From Microcystaceae cyanobacterium (lineage in GTDB: Bacteria; Cyanobacteriota; Cyanobacteriia; Cyanobacteriales; Microcystaceae): a DNA stretch of 64,000 nt. The notes below the pieces were generated by a model. The model was not told the origin of the DNA. It saw nothing but the letters and a program-made list of their open reading frames with translations, and searched no databases. Of this stretch, positions 62,201-64,000 are shown one piece after another (the stretch's first letter is position 1; each line of letters begins with the position of its first letter). A program made the position numbers and the translations under genes. The stretch is from NCBI GenBank assembly GCA_041746575.1, contig JBGTGT010000028.1, positions 1-64,000 on the forward strand, given 5' to 3'.

Positions 62201-62801
62201 TTTTGCTGATGCTAGTTATTTAAGCGATGTTCCTTGTCAGAAGTTATTATGGCATTGCGCCCAAGTATTAGAGTATGAAGCCTTTGAGCAAGCTTGGCAT
62301 TTACGAGATATTACCCATGAAAAAGCGATTCAACCTATTTTAGGGGATTTAACTATTTCTGACCCAGATTATTTTGCTAAATTACAACAATCGCTACGGG
62401 GAATCTCGAATTTGCCCTTTCCTCTTCGTTGGGTATTTATTGATAGTGGCGACTTTTTAGAGCGGGATAATCCTGCTATAGATATTTACGATCAAATGTT
62501 GGCGCAAAATTGTCCAGAATTCTCCGATGGAATTCCAGAAAACTTGTCAAAATTAAGAATTTATTGGCAGTTGCTCCAGCGAAACCAGCCAGAAACCGGT
62601 TTTATTTTTATCTTTTATGAAAATACGCAAGACGGCTCTGCTTTTTGCTTAGCTCCGGCGTTTCTGCAAATATTGAGTAAGTTTCATAGCCGAATTATTA
62701 TAATTACTGAGCAAAAAATAGAGGGCTTAACCTGTTTTTCCCCCACAACACCTCAACTAGACCAAAAAATTCTGGAATGGCTGAAAAACGCGTTTTCTTA
62801 A
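59235..62801 (+). CDS. NACHT NTPase with HEAT repeats and C-terminal alpha/beta domain
   Basis: Walker A GESGTGKT, Walker B WILLDGWD, VTCR, PLRLALLC; many RRQAAESLGKIDPGN-type HEAT repeats. Confidence 0.92.
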   Translation: MEKISNAEKFASQITPAINWRDIGRIMLQKTLPLNPLTTQPDDIKQEDPPFLMALTPAPKSEERWQPSDFFAHISQEENGKPPQRIAIIGESGTGKTLILSHFAQWLLEVTDNIPVWICPSYIEGLSLEQYLFEKWLSQAENYTDVLKNPLFEGLKTLIERGKLWILLDGWDFLRKAKGATPSLSSIATTLQQLQGWGQSVSVMVTCRTSTWQRRESQQAYGGIKGFDRYFSRHFTYPTEVNFFIEQWFPPVSSKGNHEWGAQLSLALAQAGQEPLQASITHPLRLALLCRLWQQHPGYLPDTVTQLYGLLIHEFYEWKAEITRISPQKQDKLHPLLAQLALFALEQPDGILRVDAKPFKVCGKDIEKPLLTLDDQSLSQIQDARTVGWLVRVESTSETDNRWEIYEWNEDCFAAYFAAQGISSASFFVDGTYPRFFAKKWQKVLFFWLGRSDISPESKESLIERLVNFQDQCGLLNVFGQQAFLLAVKSLAYFNKYTKSKPIIDKAIDWAFNPDEKLDFRSEYAKDALFESDRPLVIARLMDYLLRYPTHYAGFAYLEKIAIHNADAIQFLTEQLKKTLEQTLRWQIAETLGKIAPNNVAALTPFVTLLNADHSEDSKQVALNSLAKIGKNAPLALNSMIPLLHSPSLSSLHRRVFQCLEIIGQGHPTAIAALIQLIRTQTDPSLQRQAAESLEKIDPSNPTALAVLSQLLSKEYPEDIRRQAVYSLGEIELGNSSAIHALVKLLEESNDLLTQWVAISSIGKIGRDHREAIQILLKFVQSEQDHLLRKEAIESLSKIDPQNPAIISALVNLIKTTEDEAIRREAAESLGKLDPGNPAAIAALGYLLQSAVDEFTRRQAATSLVRIDPGNLEALTALVQLIKTSQNTDIQGLAAESLGELGANNPAVIATLIRLLQSNPDKHTFRRTAKSLGKIGKGNREVISTLMDLLKTKKSKTENQGNRLQLANSLIHILIPAQIPAIVTTLQAFFADASYLSDVPCQKLLWHCAQVLEYEAFEQAWHLRDITHEKAIQPILGDLTISDPDYFAKLQQSLRGISNLPFPLRWVFIDSGDFLERDNPAIDIYDQMLAQNCPEFSDGIPENLSKLRIYWQLLQRNQPETGFIFIFYENTQDGSAFCLAPAFLQILSKFHSRIIIITEQKIEGLTCFSPTTPQLDQKILEWLKNAFS

Positions 62802-62952
62802 GCCGCAGAAGAGGTAGGGTTGACTGAATATAAAGACTCTTGAGAAACCGGCCAAGAATGCTAGATTTAAGTGGATGAATCATGAATCATCTTTTTGATT
62901 AAGGAGAAACGCTATAATTAAGCATTGATCTGTCTTAGCCTAACGAATCTTT

Positions 62953-64000
62953 ATGAGCTACGAAGCCGTTATTGGACTAGAAACCCATTGCCAACTTAAC
63001 ACCGCCAGTAAGATTTTTTGTGGCTGTTCTACCCAATTTGATAGTCCACCCAATACCAATGTTTGCCCTATTTGTTTAGGCTATCCCGGTGTTTTGCCTG
63101 TATTAAACCAAGAAGTCTTAGCTTCTGCGGTCAAGTTGGGATTAGCTATCAATGGCAAAATTACAGATTATAGTAAATTTGACCGAAAACAATACTTTTA
63201 TCCCGATCTTCCTAAAAATTATCAAATTTCTCAGTTTGATCTCCCCATTGTCGAACACGGAAAACTGGAAATCGAATTGATTGATCAGAAAACGAAAGAA
63301 GCGACCTTTAAAACCATCGGAATTACCCGTCTACACATGGAAGAAGACGCTGGCAAGCTAGTTCACGCCGGAAGTGACCGTTTAGCGGGTTCTACCTATT
63401 CCCTCGTTGATTTTAATCGCACAGGTGTTCCTTTACTAGAAATTGTCTCTGAACCAGATCTGCGTAGTGGACAAGAAGCCGCCGAATATGCCCAAGAATT
63501 ACGCCGTTTAGTGCGATATTTAGGGATTAGTGACGGAAATATGCAGGAAGGATCTCTGCGTTGTGATGTGAATATCTCTGTTCGCCCTGTTGGACAAAAA
63601 GCATTCGGCACAAAGGTCGAAATTAAAAATATGAATTCCTTCAGTGCCATTCAAAAAGCGATTGAATATGAAATTGAACGGCAAATTGAAGCCATAGAAG
63701 AAGGGGGAAAAATCGCCCAAGAAACCCGTCTTTGGGATGAAAGTAAACAAATTACCGTCAGTATGCGGAGTAAAGAAGGTTCGAGTGACTATCGTTACTT
63801 TCCCGAACCCGATCTTCCCCCCATTGAAGTTTCCGAAAAACAGTTAAATGAATGGAAAACTCAATCAACTGAACTTCCTGCAGCTAAACGCCATCGTTAC
63901 ATCGACAAGCTAGGTCTATCGGCTTATGACGCTAGGGTACTCACAGATGATCGAGAAGTTGCGGAATATTTTGAAGCGGCGATCGCAGAAGGGGTTAATC
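62953..64000 (+). CDS. gatB: Asp/Glu-tRNA amidotransferase subunit B (5' part, runs off window)
   Basis: ATG 62953: [15 protein letters not shown]...[19 protein letters not shown]...HMEEDAGK...LRCDVNIS. Confidence 0.97.
   Translation, partial: MSYEAVIGLETHCQLNTASKIFCGCSTQFDSPPNTNVCPICLGYPGVLPVLNQEVLASAVKLGLAINGKITDYSKFDRKQYFYPDLPKNYQISQFDLPIVEHGKLEIELIDQKTKEATFKTIGITRLHMEEDAGKLVHAGSDRLAGSTYSLVDFNRTGVPLLEIVSEPDLRSGQEAAEYAQELRRLVRYLGISDGNMQEGSLRCDVNISVRPVGQKAFGTKVEIKNMNSFSAIQKAIEYEIERQIEAIEEGGKIAQETRLWDESKQITVSMRSKEGSSDYRYFPEPDLPPIEVSEKQLNEWKTQSTELPAAKRHRYIDKLGLSAYDARVLTDDREVAEYFEAAIAEGVN

Overview
Chromosomal window from a unicellular cyanobacterium (Chroococcales-like; the HIP1 octamer GCGATCGC recurs throughout, and psb30 and a cyanobacterial atp operon are present). 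Most genes are housekeeping or metabolic: atp a-c-b'-b-delta-alpha-gamma, a three-gene transhydrogenase, sat, photolyase, nrdA, phaAB, ftsH, hemB, hisC, era and the 5' part of gatB. Signalling genes encode a PAS/GAF-GGDEF cyclase, a His-less kinase and an HPt-less CheA/PilL-C. There is also a small glycosyl/sulfotransferase cluster and a NACHT-HEAT STAND protein. Features missing from the ORF track: an ISAs1-type element that truncates a CHAT gene, a tnpB remnant, a PsrR1-like sRNA with an HLR1 site, a MITE with 6-bp TSD nested in another repeat, ABC, DUF29 and vapBC pseudogenes, tandem NrdR boxes, an NtcA-type palindrome, and an orphan 36-bp repeat / 37-bp spacer / 36-bp repeat unit just upstream of the NACHT gene. 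No complete new multi-gene system is proven. The orphan CRISPR-like unit next to the effector-less NACHT gene is the most unusual lead. All family assignments come from motif recognition by eye, not database searches.
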